Source of the DNA: an uncultured Veillonellaceae bacterium
GTDB taxonomy: Bacteria > Bacillota > Negativicutes > JARBTT01
Assembly: GCA_963805085.1 (NCBI GenBank)
Contig: CAWDTA010000005.1
Coordinates: 608,001 to 672,000, forward strand
Reading direction: 5' to 3'
Length of the DNA stretch: 64,000 nucleotides
In this document: positions 1 to 9,899 of the stretch, one piece after another
Layout of the letters: the number at the start of each line of letters is the position of its first letter
Numbering within the stretch: the stretch's first letter is position 1
The notes under the pieces: generated by a model
Seen by the model: the letters and a program-made list of their open reading frames with translations, nothing else
The model's database searches: none
Told to the model about the DNA's origin: nothing
Program-made: the position numbers and the translations under genes

Positions 1-1
1 A

Positions 2-640
2 AGAGGTGTGCAAGCGTTAAGTAATGCAGAATTGTTAGCAATATTACTCAGAACAGGGACAAAAGAAGATTCCGTTATGCGTGTGGCAGAAAAATTATTG
101 AGTGAGTACCAAGCAAACGGACTTGCTTCGATTGCCAATTTGGCACCAAGCGATTTTAGTAAAATCAAAGGTATTGGTATGGTCAAGGCAATCACAGTTA
201 TTGCCGCCATGGAACTTGGCAAACGATTGGCAACCAATCCTACGAATGAACGGTATGTGGTTCACTCACCCAAAGATGTTGCGGATTATATGATGGCGAG
301 ACTTCGGTATGAGAATAAAGAATTTTTTATTAGCATGCTGCTTAATACGAAAAATCAAGTATTAGCCACGCCGACGATATCGGTGGGTAGCCTTACTGCA
401 TCGATTGTACATCCGCGAGAAATTTTTCGTGAAGCGATTCATTATGCCGCTGCTGTGATTATTCTGATTCATAATCATCCAAGTGGTGATCCAAGTCCAA
501 GCAAAGAAGATTTATTTGTTACTGAAAAATTAATAAAAGCTGGTAAGCTGATGGATATAGCTGTGTTAGATCATGTGATTATCGGTGATAATAAGTATAT
601 TAGTTTGAAAGAAAATGGCATGATAGATTCATTTTCATAA
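2..640 (+). CDS. radC: RadC/JAB-domain protein (5' end probably outside window)
   Basis: [14 protein letters not shown], HhH GIGMVKA, HPRE and [17 protein letters not shown] motifs; frame open to window edge; precedes mreB. Confidence 0.93.
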   Translation, partial: RGVQALSNAELLAILLRTGTKEDSVMRVAEKLLSEYQANGLASIANLAPSDFSKIKGIGMVKAITVIAAMELGKRLATNPTNERYVVHSPKDVADYMMARLRYENKEFFISMLLNTKNQVLATPTISVGSLTASIVHPREIFREAIHYAAAVIILIHNHPSGDPSPSKEDLFVTEKLIKAGKLMDIAVLDHVIIGDNKYISLKENGMIDSFS

Positions 641-678
641 GATATTTTTGTTTAAATTTGAAGGGAGTTATTTTTAGT

Positions 679-1713
679 ATGTGGAATATTTTCGGCGGGT
701 TATCGCATGATATGGGGATCGATCTTGGTACTGCAAATACATTAGTACATGTAAAGGGGAAAGGGATTGTTATTCGTGAGCCATCGGTAGTAGCGATTCA
801 ACGGGATACGGGTGAAGTGCTCGCGGTTGGTGAAGAAGCGAAACAAATGATTGGTCGTACACCTGGTAATATCGTAGCGGTTAGACCGCTAAAAGGCGGG
901 GTTATTGCTGATTTTGATGTTACACAGGCGATGTTAAAATATTTTATTGCTAAAGCAATGAATACAAAATCCTTTGTAAGACCACGTCTGGTGGTTGGTG
1001 TGCCATCGGGTATTACTGAAGTAGAAAAAAGAGCAGTTATTGATGCTTCGATTCAAGCTGGCGCTAGGGAAGCTTATTTGATCGAAGAACCAATGGCGGC
1101 GGCAATTGGCGCAGGACTGCCTGTACATGAACCAACCGGTAATATGGTTGTTGATATTGGCGGTGGTACAACGGAGATTGCCGTGATTTCTTTAGGTGGC
1201 ATCGTAACAAGTCGTTCTATTCGTATCGGTGGCGATGAAATGGATGATTCCATTGTGCAATATATCAAACGTACGTATAACTTGATGATTGGTGAACGTA
1301 CTGCGGAAGCTATTAAAATCAATATTGGTTCGGCAATTGTACCAGCGGGTGATCCAGAGATGGATATTCGTGGACGTGGCCTTGTGAGTGGACTTCCTAA
1401 AACAATTACGATAAGAGCAAGTGAAATTAGAGAAGCCTTAAAAGACCCAGTACAAAAAATTATTGATGCTGTAAAAAGCACCTTGGAAAAAACGCCACCA
1501 GAGCTTGCAGCTGATGTTATGGATCATGGGATCATGATGACCGGCGGCGGGGCGTTACTTCATGATTTAGATATACTTCTTAGTAAAGAAACAGGTATGC
1601 CTGTACACGTTGCTGAAGATGCTTTATCTTGTGTTGGTGAGGGAACGGGTAAATCGCTCGAAAGTATTGAGCTTTTAAAACGTATTGCGATGAACTCTAA
1701 AAAGTTAAGATAA
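679..1713 (+). CDS. mreB: rod shape-determining actin-like protein MreB
   Basis: [25 protein letters not shown] motifs; ATG 679 after AAGGGAG. Confidence 0.97.
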   Translation: MWNIFGGLSHDMGIDLGTANTLVHVKGKGIVIREPSVVAIQRDTGEVLAVGEEAKQMIGRTPGNIVAVRPLKGGVIADFDVTQAMLKYFIAKAMNTKSFVRPRLVVGVPSGITEVEKRAVIDASIQAGAREAYLIEEPMAAAIGAGLPVHEPTGNMVVDIGGGTTEIAVISLGGIVTSRSIRIGGDEMDDSIVQYIKRTYNLMIGERTAEAIKINIGSAIVPAGDPEMDIRGRGLVSGLPKTITIRASEIREALKDPVQKIIDAVKSTLEKTPPELAADVMDHGIMMTGGGALLHDLDILLSKETGMPVHVAEDALSCVGEGTGKSLESIELLKRIAMNSKKLR

Positions 1714-2642
1714 TGAGTAGAGTACGGAGAGAACCAGGTTCAAATAAAAAAATATATGTATTAGTTGCAACTTTTACACTTGTTATTCTTTTAATTTTTG
1801 GAGCGGCAAAGGGAAAATATCAATTGCCGCTCAGTGAAAAAATTACGATGACGATATTAGCACCTTTTCAAGGCATCATGAATAGCGTAAGTAATGGGGT
1901 TCGCCAAAGCATGACTAATGTCTGGGAAATTATTACAGTTTACCAACAAAATAAAATGCTTAAGTCAGAGGTAGAGCAATTAAGAGAAATGCAGGTAAAT
2001 ACTACTGAAATTATAGCTGAAAACGATCGGTTGCGTCATATCCTTGATTATAAACAAAGTGCGCTTCAATTTGATTTAGTGGCGGCAAGAGTAATCGCGC
2101 GTGATCCTAGTAACTGGACGAGTACGATTGTGATTAATCGTGGTACGGATGATGGAATTACCAAAGATATGGCTGTCGTTACTCCACAAGGCCTTGTGGG
2201 AAATGTAGTGAGTGTAGTTAAAAATTCTGCAAGAGTACAATTGATTTTAGATCGACGCAATTCGGTTGGTGGTTTGGTGCAAAGACCAGAATCAAGGGTT
2301 GCCGGGATTATCGCTGGCGATAATAATAATCAGATGATGGTTCGGATGGTAAATATTCCACGAGACGCTGATATAGTGGAAGGTGACCAAATCGTAACAT
2401 CAGGTTTTGGTGGAATTTATCCCAAGGGAATTTCACTTGGTGAAGTTGCAAACATCGTCAATGATGATGGAGGCTTACTAAAGTATGCCGTATTGAAACC
2501 GTCCGTGGATTTTCAGAGGATAGAAGAGGTTTCGGTTATTGTGACATCACGGGAAGCGCCACCAGCGCCAATCACTCAACCGCCGATAGTGCCTGCAGAG
2601 GATAAGAATACTGTAAATAAAAATGCAGGAGGTTCCAAATGA
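1713..2642 (+). CDS. mreC: rod shape-determining protein MreC
   Basis: N-terminal TM, coiled coil, INRG..DG, TSGFGGIYPKG; follows mreB. Confidence 0.95.
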   Translation: MSRVRREPGSNKKIYVLVATFTLVILLIFGAAKGKYQLPLSEKITMTILAPFQGIMNSVSNGVRQSMTNVWEIITVYQQNKMLKSEVEQLREMQVNTTEIIAENDRLRHILDYKQSALQFDLVAARVIARDPSNWTSTIVINRGTDDGITKDMAVVTPQGLVGNVVSVVKNSARVQLILDRRNSVGGLVQRPESRVAGIIAGDNNNQMMVRMVNIPRDADIVEGDQIVTSGFGGIYPKGISLGEVANIVNDDGGLLKYAVLKPSVDFQRIEEVSVIVTSREAPPAPITQPPIVPAEDKNTVNKNAGGSK

Positions 2643-3127
2643 AGCCAGGTATAGTATGGAGCGCTGTACTCATTATTTCTATAATATTGCAGTCTACTTT
2701 GCTTGCAGAAATTAATTATAATGGAATTCATGCGGATTTGTTATTGACTGTGGTGGTATCATCTAGTTTGTTGTTAGGCAAGGAACATGGTGTCGTGATT
2801 GGATTTTTTGCTGGTTTATTACAGGACTTGGCATCGGGAACGTTTGTTGGCATGAATATTTTGTCGAAAATGTTAATTGGTTATGTTTTTGGTATGGCCG
2901 AACAAAAAGTTTTTAAAGAACATTTTTTATTACCGATTATATCAGTTTCAATTGCTACGATAGGGAATAGTTTCATAACTGCAATAATTATGTTATTATT
3001 AGGATATAGGTTTGACTTATTAAATAATATGATTTATATGATGATTCCTTTATTGGTTTATAATTTCATTCTAGCTTTCCCAGTACATAAACTAATTTAT
3101 CGGATTCATATCTTGTTGAAAGAATAA
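2639..3127 (+). CDS. mreD: rod shape-determining protein MreD
   Basis: hydrophobic 162 aa, GFFAGLLQD motif, overlaps mreC stop. Confidence 0.93.
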   Translation: MKPGIVWSAVLIISIILQSTLLAEINYNGIHADLLLTVVVSSSLLLGKEHGVVIGFFAGLLQDLASGTFVGMNILSKMLIGYVFGMAEQKVFKEHFLLPIISVSIATIGNSFITAIIMLLLGYRFDLLNNMIYMMIPLLVYNFILAFPVHKLIYRIHILLKE

Positions 3128-3172
3128 ATCAAGAATTAAGGCACCTATTTTAAGGTGCCTTAATTCTTGATT
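3127..3172. repeat. perfect 20-bp inverted repeat (6-nt loop) between mreD and mrdA
   Basis: AATCAAGAATTAAGGCACCT-atttta-AGGTGCCTTAATTCTTGATT; no U-tract. Confidence 0.85.
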
Positions 3173-3184
3173 ATAGGAGAGATT

Positions 3185-4984
3185 GTGGTGACAACAAATA
3201 AATTTAGAGTGCGTTTAGAAACATTGTCTATTATCGTAATACTAGTCATGTTGACATTGATTTCTAGACTTGGCTATTTGCAGGTTTTAGAAGGAGACTA
3301 CTATAGTCGTTTGGCTGATGGTAATCGCATAAGACTGATTCCTGCTATGGCACCACGTGGCCTTTTCTATGATAGAAATGGGGCCCTTTTGGTATCGAAT
3401 AGACCAGGCTTTACAGTGTCGTTACTTTCACTTGTAGGACCTGTTTCTGATGATGTAGTTGCGCGATTAGCGAACTTGTTAAAGATGAGCAAGGAAGATA
3501 TTTATAATAAAATAAGCCAACATACAGGCTTTGATCCGATTCATATCAAGAGTGATGTTGGGCCAGAAATCATTACCGTATTAGAAGAAAAAAAGGATGA
3601 TTATCCTGGTGTTGTTGTTGAGATTCAGCCAATTAGAAATTATATAAATATGGAACTAGGGGCACATATTTTTGGTTATGTAAGTGAAATCAATGATACA
3701 GAACTCGAAGCGCGTAAAGGAGAAGGTTATAAAGCCAGCGATATTATTGGTAAATTTGGCCTTGAAAAAGTCTATGACAAAGAATTACGTGGCATTGATG
3801 GCGGTGGACAAGTTGAGGTTGATGTTACTGGTAAGCCAGTACAAATCTTAGGAAAAAAAGAGCCAGTTCCGGGGTGTAATTTAACGCTTACAATTGATGA
3901 AAATATTCAGAAGGCGGCAGAAAAGGCAATCGACGAGCAACTTGCTTATTTGCAAGCAAAAACAGAATATAAGAAAGCAAAAGCTGCTGCTGCAGTGGTG
4001 ATGAATCCGAAAACTGGTGAGATACTTGCGATGGTAAGTAGGCCAGCATTTAATCCAAATTTATTTGGCGGTGGTATTTCAAACAAAGATTGGGATCTGA
4101 TTAATAATAACCCCTATCATCCGCTGGATAATAAAGTGATTTCGGGGGAATATCCGCCAGGGTCTACCTTTAAAGTTGTTACTGGATCAGCAGCGCTTGA
4201 AGAAAATAAAGTAACACCAGAAGAAAAAATATTGGATACAGGAAAACATTGGATTATACCTAAAGTAAATGCTGATGGAGAAGCACTTGGCTGGATTGAT
4301 TTTAGAGTAGCTTTAGCGAAATCGGATAACGTTTATTTCTATGAAATGGGCAATCGCTTGGGTATTGATTTGATGGAGAAATATGCTAGGATGTTTGGCT
4401 TAGGAGCTGTAACAGGCATTAATTTGCCGTATGAAACTGATGGACTAGTGGCAAACCGTCGTTATAAAGAGAAAGTATACAAGGAAGATTGGTATTTATC
4501 TGAAACCTTTGATGCGGCAATTGGACAAGGGTTCCAGCTAGTAACACCACTTCAGATTGCTGAGGTATATAGTCAAATAGCCAATGGCGGTACACGGTAT
4601 CGGCCTTATTTAGTGAGTCAAATTACTGCGCCGGACGGCACACCTATTCAAAAGTTTTCCCCGGAAAAAATGGGTGACTTGGGTATTTCAAAGCGTACGA
4701 TGGATGTCATTCGTGATTCTTTGCGAAATGTAGCCTTGGAAGGTGGGACGGCTGGGGAGGTATTTAAAAATTTCCCAGTTGCAATTGCAGGTAAAACAGG
4801 TACTGCAGAAAATCCCCATGGTAGTGATCATGGCTGGTTCGTTGGGTATGGACCGTATGAAAATCCAGAGTATGTTGTAGTAGTCGTTGTTGAACAAGGC
4901 GGTTATGGTGCTACTTCAGCAGTGCCAATTGGCAAGAAGATATTAGAAGCGGCATTTCACATTGAGACACCTACTAAAGAATGA
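3185..4984 (+). CDS. mrdA: penicillin-binding protein 2 (class B transpeptidase)
   Basis: PGSTFK (SxxK), SDN, KTGTA motifs; N-terminal TM; GTG after AGGAG. Confidence 0.95.
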   Translation: MVTTNKFRVRLETLSIIVILVMLTLISRLGYLQVLEGDYYSRLADGNRIRLIPAMAPRGLFYDRNGALLVSNRPGFTVSLLSLVGPVSDDVVARLANLLKMSKEDIYNKISQHTGFDPIHIKSDVGPEIITVLEEKKDDYPGVVVEIQPIRNYINMELGAHIFGYVSEINDTELEARKGEGYKASDIIGKFGLEKVYDKELRGIDGGGQVEVDVTGKPVQILGKKEPVPGCNLTLTIDENIQKAAEKAIDEQLAYLQAKTEYKKAKAAAAVVMNPKTGEILAMVSRPAFNPNLFGGGISNKDWDLINNNPYHPLDNKVISGEYPPGSTFKVVTGSAALEENKVTPEEKILDTGKHWIIPKVNADGEALGWIDFRVALAKSDNVYFYEMGNRLGIDLMEKYARMFGLGAVTGINLPYETDGLVANRRYKEKVYKEDWYLSETFDAAIGQGFQLVTPLQIAEVYSQIANGGTRYRPYLVSQITAPDGTPIQKFSPEKMGDLGISKRTMDVIRDSLRNVALEGGTAGEVFKNFPVAIAGKTGTAENPHGSDHGWFVGYGPYENPEYVVVVVVEQGGYGATSAVPIGKKILEAAFHIETPTKE

Positions 4985-5025
4985 CCAGGACTAAAGTAGT
5001 AAATATGATAATTTATTTTATATAA

Positions 5026-5053
5026 GCAGGAGTATGGAAAGAAAAGGCGAAAT
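5026..5053 (+). promoter_or_regulatory. sigmaH-type promoter upstream of minC
   Basis: GCAGGAGTA...GGCGAAAT, 17 nt between AGGA and GAA. Confidence 0.6.
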
Positions 5054-5097
5054 TAGCTATATTATTGACATACTACGCATGTAAAGTAGGAGTAATT

Positions 5098-5727
5098 ATG
5101 AGCGAAGATGTTGTATTTAAGGGTAGTCGTTCTGGACTACAGTTAATATTTGATGAAACAGTAGACTTTACTAGTATTCTAAAGCAGTTAAAGACAAAGT
5201 TAGAATCGGCAATTGATTTTTTTGGTAAAGGGACGATTGTAAATGTTGCTATCGATAAAATAACCAAAGAACAGGAAACAGAGTTGTCTATACTGTTTCA
5301 ACGGTATGGATTAACTTTAAAAGCGATTGATACGTCCTTGCCAAAAGTGAGTGAATTAAAATCAGAAGAGGCAGCCGTAGAAGCTTCAAAGGAAATCACC
5401 ATTATTGAAAGAACAGTGCGTGGTGGACAAGAGATTATTAGTAATGGCTCCGTTGTTATTTTAGGAAATGTGAATCCTGGGGCAAAAATTATTGCTGGTG
5501 GTAATATTGATATTAAGGGAACTTGTCGTGGTCTTGTTCATGCAGGCGCATTTGGTGATTTAACGGCAACCATTACTGCTGATAAAATGCTGGCAATGCA
5601 AATCCGTATTGCTGACTTAATCGCTAGAGCGCCAGATAATTTAGAAACGGTAGACACCACAGAGTGCGCACGGATAAAAAATGGAAATATTGTTATTGAG
5701 ACGGTGAATAGACAGGAGGTTTGCTAG
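5098..5727 (+). CDS. minC: septum site-determining protein MinC
   Basis: TVRGGQEI, GNVNPGAKIIAGGNI, RGLVHAG; ATG after AGGAG. Confidence 0.95.
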   Translation: MSEDVVFKGSRSGLQLIFDETVDFTSILKQLKTKLESAIDFFGKGTIVNVAIDKITKEQETELSILFQRYGLTLKAIDTSLPKVSELKSEEAAVEASKEITIIERTVRGGQEIISNGSVVILGNVNPGAKIIAGGNIDIKGTCRGLVHAGAFGDLTATITADKMLAMQIRIADLIARAPDNLETVDTTECARIKNGNIVIETVNRQEVC

Positions 5728-5730
5728 CTA

Positions 5731-6519
5731 ATGAGTGAAATTATTGTTGTTACATCAGGCAAAGGTGGAGTTGGTAAGACTACCACAACTGCAAACTTAG
5801 GTGTTGGCTTTGCGGCAAGAGGAAAAAAAGTTGTCTTAATTGATACTGACACTGGTCTTAGAAATTTAGATTTGCTCCTAGGATTGGAAAACCGTATCAT
5901 GTACGATTTGATTGATGTTACGGAAGGTCGGGTTCCCTATAAAAAAGCGCTTGTTCGTCATAAGCGTCATGAATCCTTATATTTATTACCAACCTCGCAA
6001 ACCAAAGATAAATCGGCAGTCAATTCACAACAAATGAATAGCTTATGTAATGAACTGATTAAAGATTTTGATTATGTTATTATCGATTGTCCGGCTGGCA
6101 TTGAACAAGGTTTTCAAACAGCAATTTCAGCGGCCAACACAGCTGTCGTTGTTACCATTCCAGAAATATCCGCAGTTCGTGATGCAGATAAGATTATTGG
6201 TGAATTAGGTAGAGCGGAAAAAGATAACATTAAATTAATCGTAAATCGTATTCGCCCTGATATGGTAAAAAAAGGTGATATGTTAACGATGGATGATATT
6301 GATGAGATCCTTTCGATCGATTGTATTGGGCAAATTCCTGATGATGAATTGGTAGTTACATCGACAAATCGTGGGGAACCAGTCATTACAAATCCTGTTT
6401 CATCGGCAGGAAAAGCTTATAAAAATATCGTTGGCCGTTTATGTGGCGAAAATATTCCATTTATGGAAATTGTTCCTGAAGGTTTCTTTGATAAAGTTAA
6501 AAAAATATTTAAAATGTGA
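5731..6519 (+). CDS. minD: septum site-determining ATPase MinD
   Basis: SGKGGVGKTT deviant Walker A, DCPAGIE, C-terminal amphipathic helix. Confidence 0.97.
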   Translation: MSEIIVVTSGKGGVGKTTTTANLGVGFAARGKKVVLIDTDTGLRNLDLLLGLENRIMYDLIDVTEGRVPYKKALVRHKRHESLYLLPTSQTKDKSAVNSQQMNSLCNELIKDFDYVIIDCPAGIEQGFQTAISAANTAVVVTIPEISAVRDADKIIGELGRAEKDNIKLIVNRIRPDMVKKGDMLTMDDIDEILSIDCIGQIPDDELVVTSTNRGEPVITNPVSSAGKAYKNIVGRLCGENIPFMEIVPEGFFDKVKKIFKM

Positions 6520-6533
6520 AGGGGGTACTAAGT

Positions 6534-6812
6534 GTGTTAGATGCAATTATGAAAATTTTTGGAAAAGAATCAAAATCGTCTAAAGATATAGCGAGAGACC
6601 GTCTACGCTTAGTATTGGTACATGATCGCGCAAACATTTCACCGCAATTGATGGAAGTATTGAAAGATGATATGATTAAAGTAATTTCAAATTATATGGA
6701 AATTAATGAGCGTGATATGGAAGTGTCATTTACAAATGATAATTCTTCTGTTGCATTGGTCGCCAATATTCCGATAGAACGGATGAAACATAGCGCCGAG
6801 TTTAAGAGATAA
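6534..6812 (+). CDS. minE: cell division topological specificity factor MinE
   Basis: ARDRLRLVLVHDR and LVANIPI motifs; follows minD. Confidence 0.93.
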   Translation: MLDAIMKIFGKESKSSKDIARDRLRLVLVHDRANISPQLMEVLKDDMIKVISNYMEINERDMEVSFTNDNSSVALVANIPIERMKHSAEFKR

Positions 6813-6813
6813 T

Positions 6814-6843
6814 GAAAAGCACAAATGATTTGTGCTTTTTTTG
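6814..6843 (+). terminator. intrinsic terminator after minE
   Basis: AAAAGCACAAAT-g-ATTTGTGCTTTT followed by T-run. Confidence 0.75.
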
Positions 6844-6954
6844 TAAATATTTTTTCTGGTAGTACTTCTCTCTTGTATATGATTTTCGGAAATGATATTA
6901 TAATACTTAGACGTTTTAGAGATTTTACTAGGTGATGGAAGGTAATGGAAGTAA

Positions 6955-8061
6955 ATGCTGAGTAATAGATTAATACGAAAATTAGATTTTACATTAATTG
7001 CAGCAGTTGTGGGGATTGTTGTAGTTAGTTTGATTATTATCGGAAGTGCAACACATATAAATACGCCAAGTGACGAACGGTATTGGTTCGTACAAAGACA
7101 GGGGATTTTCGCAATTGTTAATTGTGCTCTCGTTTTTTTTATGTTGCATTTTGATTATAAAATATTGCAAAGGTATGGTAATGCACTCTATATCTTCAAT
7201 CTCGTCATGTTGGTGGCTGTAATGGTGTTAGGGCAGAGTGCATTGGGGGCACAAAGGTGGATTCAGATTGGGCCGATTACGTTGCAACCATCGGAATTTT
7301 CGAAAATTATTATGATTATATCACTGGCGACGATGCTTGATAAACGTATGGGAAAGCTTAACACTTTTAAAGATTTATTACCAGTGGCTGCATATGTTGG
7401 TTTGCCGTTTTTACTCGTTATGAAGCAACCAGATCTGGGAACTGCTTTGGTATTTATGGCAATCTTCTTTGGGATGATTTTTGCAGCAGGAGTAAATTTG
7501 CGATTGCTGCTGATTATTTTTGGCGCAGGACTCGCTTGTATGCCAATTTTCTGGCACTTCATGAAAGATTATCAGAAGATGCGGATTATGGTATTTATGG
7601 ATCCAAATGTTGATCCCTTAGGTTCTGGCTATCACATTATCCAGTCTAAGATTGCAATCGGCTCGGGAATGTTATTTGGTAAGGGGTTATTCGGTGGTAC
7701 GCAAAGTCAATTAAATTTTTTGCCGGAAAATCATACAGACTTTATTTTTGCCGTTATTGGTGAAGAACTTGGCTTTATTGGGGCTACTTTTATACTGATC
7801 TTATATTTCATCATGCTCTATCGTGGCACAAAAATTGCGAATGAAGCGCGTGATAATTTTGGCGCACTACTTGCCGTTGGCATTACGTCAATGTTAACGT
7901 TCCATGTTTTAGTGAATGTCGGAATGACGGCAGGTATTATGCCTGTTACGGGGATTCCATTACCGTTGATGAGCTATGGGGTTAGTTCATTAACCACGAA
8001 CTTGGTTGCCGTTGGGATATTACTCAATATTTATATGCGAAGACAAAAAATTATGTTTTAA
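6955..8061 (+). CDS. rodA: SEDS-family peptidoglycan polymerase RodA
   Basis: GAQRWI, QPSEFSK, QPDLGT, LPENHTDFIF, PLPLMSYG motifs. Confidence 0.95.
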   Translation: MLSNRLIRKLDFTLIAAVVGIVVVSLIIIGSATHINTPSDERYWFVQRQGIFAIVNCALVFFMLHFDYKILQRYGNALYIFNLVMLVAVMVLGQSALGAQRWIQIGPITLQPSEFSKIIMIISLATMLDKRMGKLNTFKDLLPVAAYVGLPFLLVMKQPDLGTALVFMAIFFGMIFAAGVNLRLLLIIFGAGLACMPIFWHFMKDYQKMRIMVFMDPNVDPLGSGYHIIQSKIAIGSGMLFGKGLFGGTQSQLNFLPENHTDFIFAVIGEELGFIGATFILILYFIMLYRGTKIANEARDNFGALLAVGITSMLTFHVLVNVGMTAGIMPVTGIPLPLMSYGVSSLTTNLVAVGILLNIYMRRQKIMF

Positions 8062-8128
8062 AATGGGGCTGTTACAAAGACGAACTTTTAAAGTTTACCT
8101 TGTAGCAGCTCTTTTTCTATGCCTGCTA

Positions 8129-8157
8129 GTATATTTATTTTGTTTTGGCATATACCT
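8129..8157 (+). promoter_or_regulatory. putative sigmaE-type mother-cell promoter before spoIVFA-like gene
   Basis: ATA-N15-CATATACCT; similar motifs before spoIIP and yqfC. Confidence 0.45.
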
Positions 8158-8176
8158 TAGTACGGGAGGCGATGGT

Positions 8177-8878
8177 ATGCCGAAAAAGTGGAATCAGTGG
8201 AAAAGTTATTTCGAAAAAGAGGATACTTGGCAATATGATTTTGAAGAGCGAAAAATAGATTATTCTGAAGTGAAAAAATTATTGATTTGTGTGGTTTTAT
8301 TTGTTCTTTTGTATGGTGTGCATGTATCAGGAACGCGTGTGGGTTTGATGGTTGACGATGGAATTCGTTATATGCTAACCACAAAAACTGATTTTGTCGT
8401 TTTAGGGCAGCAATTAGAGCCTTATATTCCCAAGAGTTTTGATCGGGAAATGCTGCAAAAAGTTAAAAGCGTAGTCGCTCAGCCTGCGGATCCGCTTAGT
8501 TATATGAGCATGCCAATCCACGGCGAGGTTGTGACTGTATTTGGGCAAGACTGTGATGGTGTAGAGTATAAGGTCGATGCCGGTTCACAGATTAAGGCCG
8601 TAAGTATTGGTCGGGTGAAAGCGGTGACGAATCATGCTAAGTACGGTAAATTATTGATTGTTGAACATGGTCAATCACTAGAAACAGTTTATGGTTATTT
8701 AGATGAAGTTTTTGTAAAAGAAGGTGATCGCGTAAGTCAAGGGCAAACGATCGCTAAAAGTGGTAAAAAACCAGCAGACAACAAACCGATGTTTTATTTT
8801 GAACTGCGTGAAAAGAGTGTAGCAGTTGATCCGTTAACGAGAATCAAAGGTGATTTCCCGACGCAAGGAGGGACTTGA
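8177..8878 (+). CDS. spoIVFA: SpoIVFA-like protein with degenerate M23/LytM domain
   Basis: TM plus M23 fold (VKEGDRVSQGQ, FELR...VDP) lacking Zn-binding His; directly upstream of M50 protease; ATG after GGGAGG. Confidence 0.75.
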   Translation: MPKKWNQWKSYFEKEDTWQYDFEERKIDYSEVKKLLICVVLFVLLYGVHVSGTRVGLMVDDGIRYMLTTKTDFVVLGQQLEPYIPKSFDREMLQKVKSVVAQPADPLSYMSMPIHGEVVTVFGQDCDGVEYKVDAGSQIKAVSIGRVKAVTNHAKYGKLLIVEHGQSLETVYGYLDEVFVKEGDRVSQGQTIAKSGKKPADNKPMFYFELREKSVAVDPLTRIKGDFPTQGGT

Positions 8879-9754
8879 TTGCGTCTATGTACGGTCGGCG
8901 GTATTGCTTTTTGCATGAATAAGTGGTTTTTCCTTGTAATTGCAGTGTTTTTTTTGCTGCATTTATGGTATCAGGTAGGTATTGTTTTTTTATCGATATT
9001 GATCCATGAAATAGCACATGCTTTAGTAGCGCTCAAAAGAAATTATTGTGTTCGAGAAATTGAATTATTGCCCTTTGGTGGTGTGGCGCGAATAGAAGGG
9101 CTAGCCGAGGCCGGGTTACTAGATGCTATTTTGATTGCTGGTGCAGGACCATTGGTTAGTTTGTCGATTGTATTGATTTTATATTTTTATCAAATGGATG
9201 AGAGTTATTATTTTCGTTTTATTGCTGAAGTAAATGTTATGTTAGTTACCTTAAATCTATTACCAGCTTTGCCACTGGATGGTGGCCGCATATTACAGGC
9301 AATATTAACAAAAAACATGGAGCATAAAAAATCTTTGCATATTATGGTGAACATTAGTTATGGGATTGCATTTCTCATGATTGGAAAGGCTATATATGAT
9401 TATATGTATGACTATAAGATCAATATATCGTTATTTATCATTGCCAGCTTTCTCGTAAGTACGGCGAGAGCTGAAGTAAGAAAAATATCTTTTCGTACTG
9501 TTCGGATTATGATGAGAAAAAAAGAAGCGCTTATGCGTCGTGGTTTGATGCTGACAAGGCAATATATTGTTTTAAAAAAAACACCGGTTAGGGAATTGAT
9601 TCAACGATTAGAAACGGAACGTTATGGTATTATCCTTGTATTAGATGATACTGCGCAAGTTTGCACGATATTGACAGAATTTCAATTATGGGATAAATTA
9701 TCCCAGCAAGATTATAAGGTTTCTTTTGGGGATATTATTGAACGGATTGGATGA
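8879..9754 (+). CDS. spoIVFB: M50 intramembrane metalloprotease, SpoIVFB-like
   Basis: HEIAH, LLPFGGVA, NLLPALPLDGGR motifs. Confidence 0.85.
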   Translation: MRLCTVGGIAFCMNKWFFLVIAVFFLLHLWYQVGIVFLSILIHEIAHALVALKRNYCVREIELLPFGGVARIEGLAEAGLLDAILIAGAGPLVSLSIVLILYFYQMDESYYFRFIAEVNVMLVTLNLLPALPLDGGRILQAILTKNMEHKKSLHIMVNISYGIAFLMIGKAIYDYMYDYKINISLFIIASFLVSTARAEVRKISFRTVRIMMRKKEALMRRGLMLTRQYIVLKKTPVRELIQRLETERYGIILVLDDTAQVCTILTEFQLWDKLSQQDYKVSFGDIIERIG

Positions 9755-9899
9755 ATTCATTCTGCTATCTATAAGAAATGCAGGGATTTGGTTTATTTTG
9801 TAGAATTTTATAAAGTTATAGAGTAAAGAGTTGAACTATTTTAATAAAACTATAGATCAACTGATTGTATATTAAATTTTGGAGGATGATTAATTTATA

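Noticed and set aside
8177-8878. M23 domain lacking Zn ligands as a pseudogene or novelty
   Set aside because: A degenerate LytM domain is expected for SpoIVFA.
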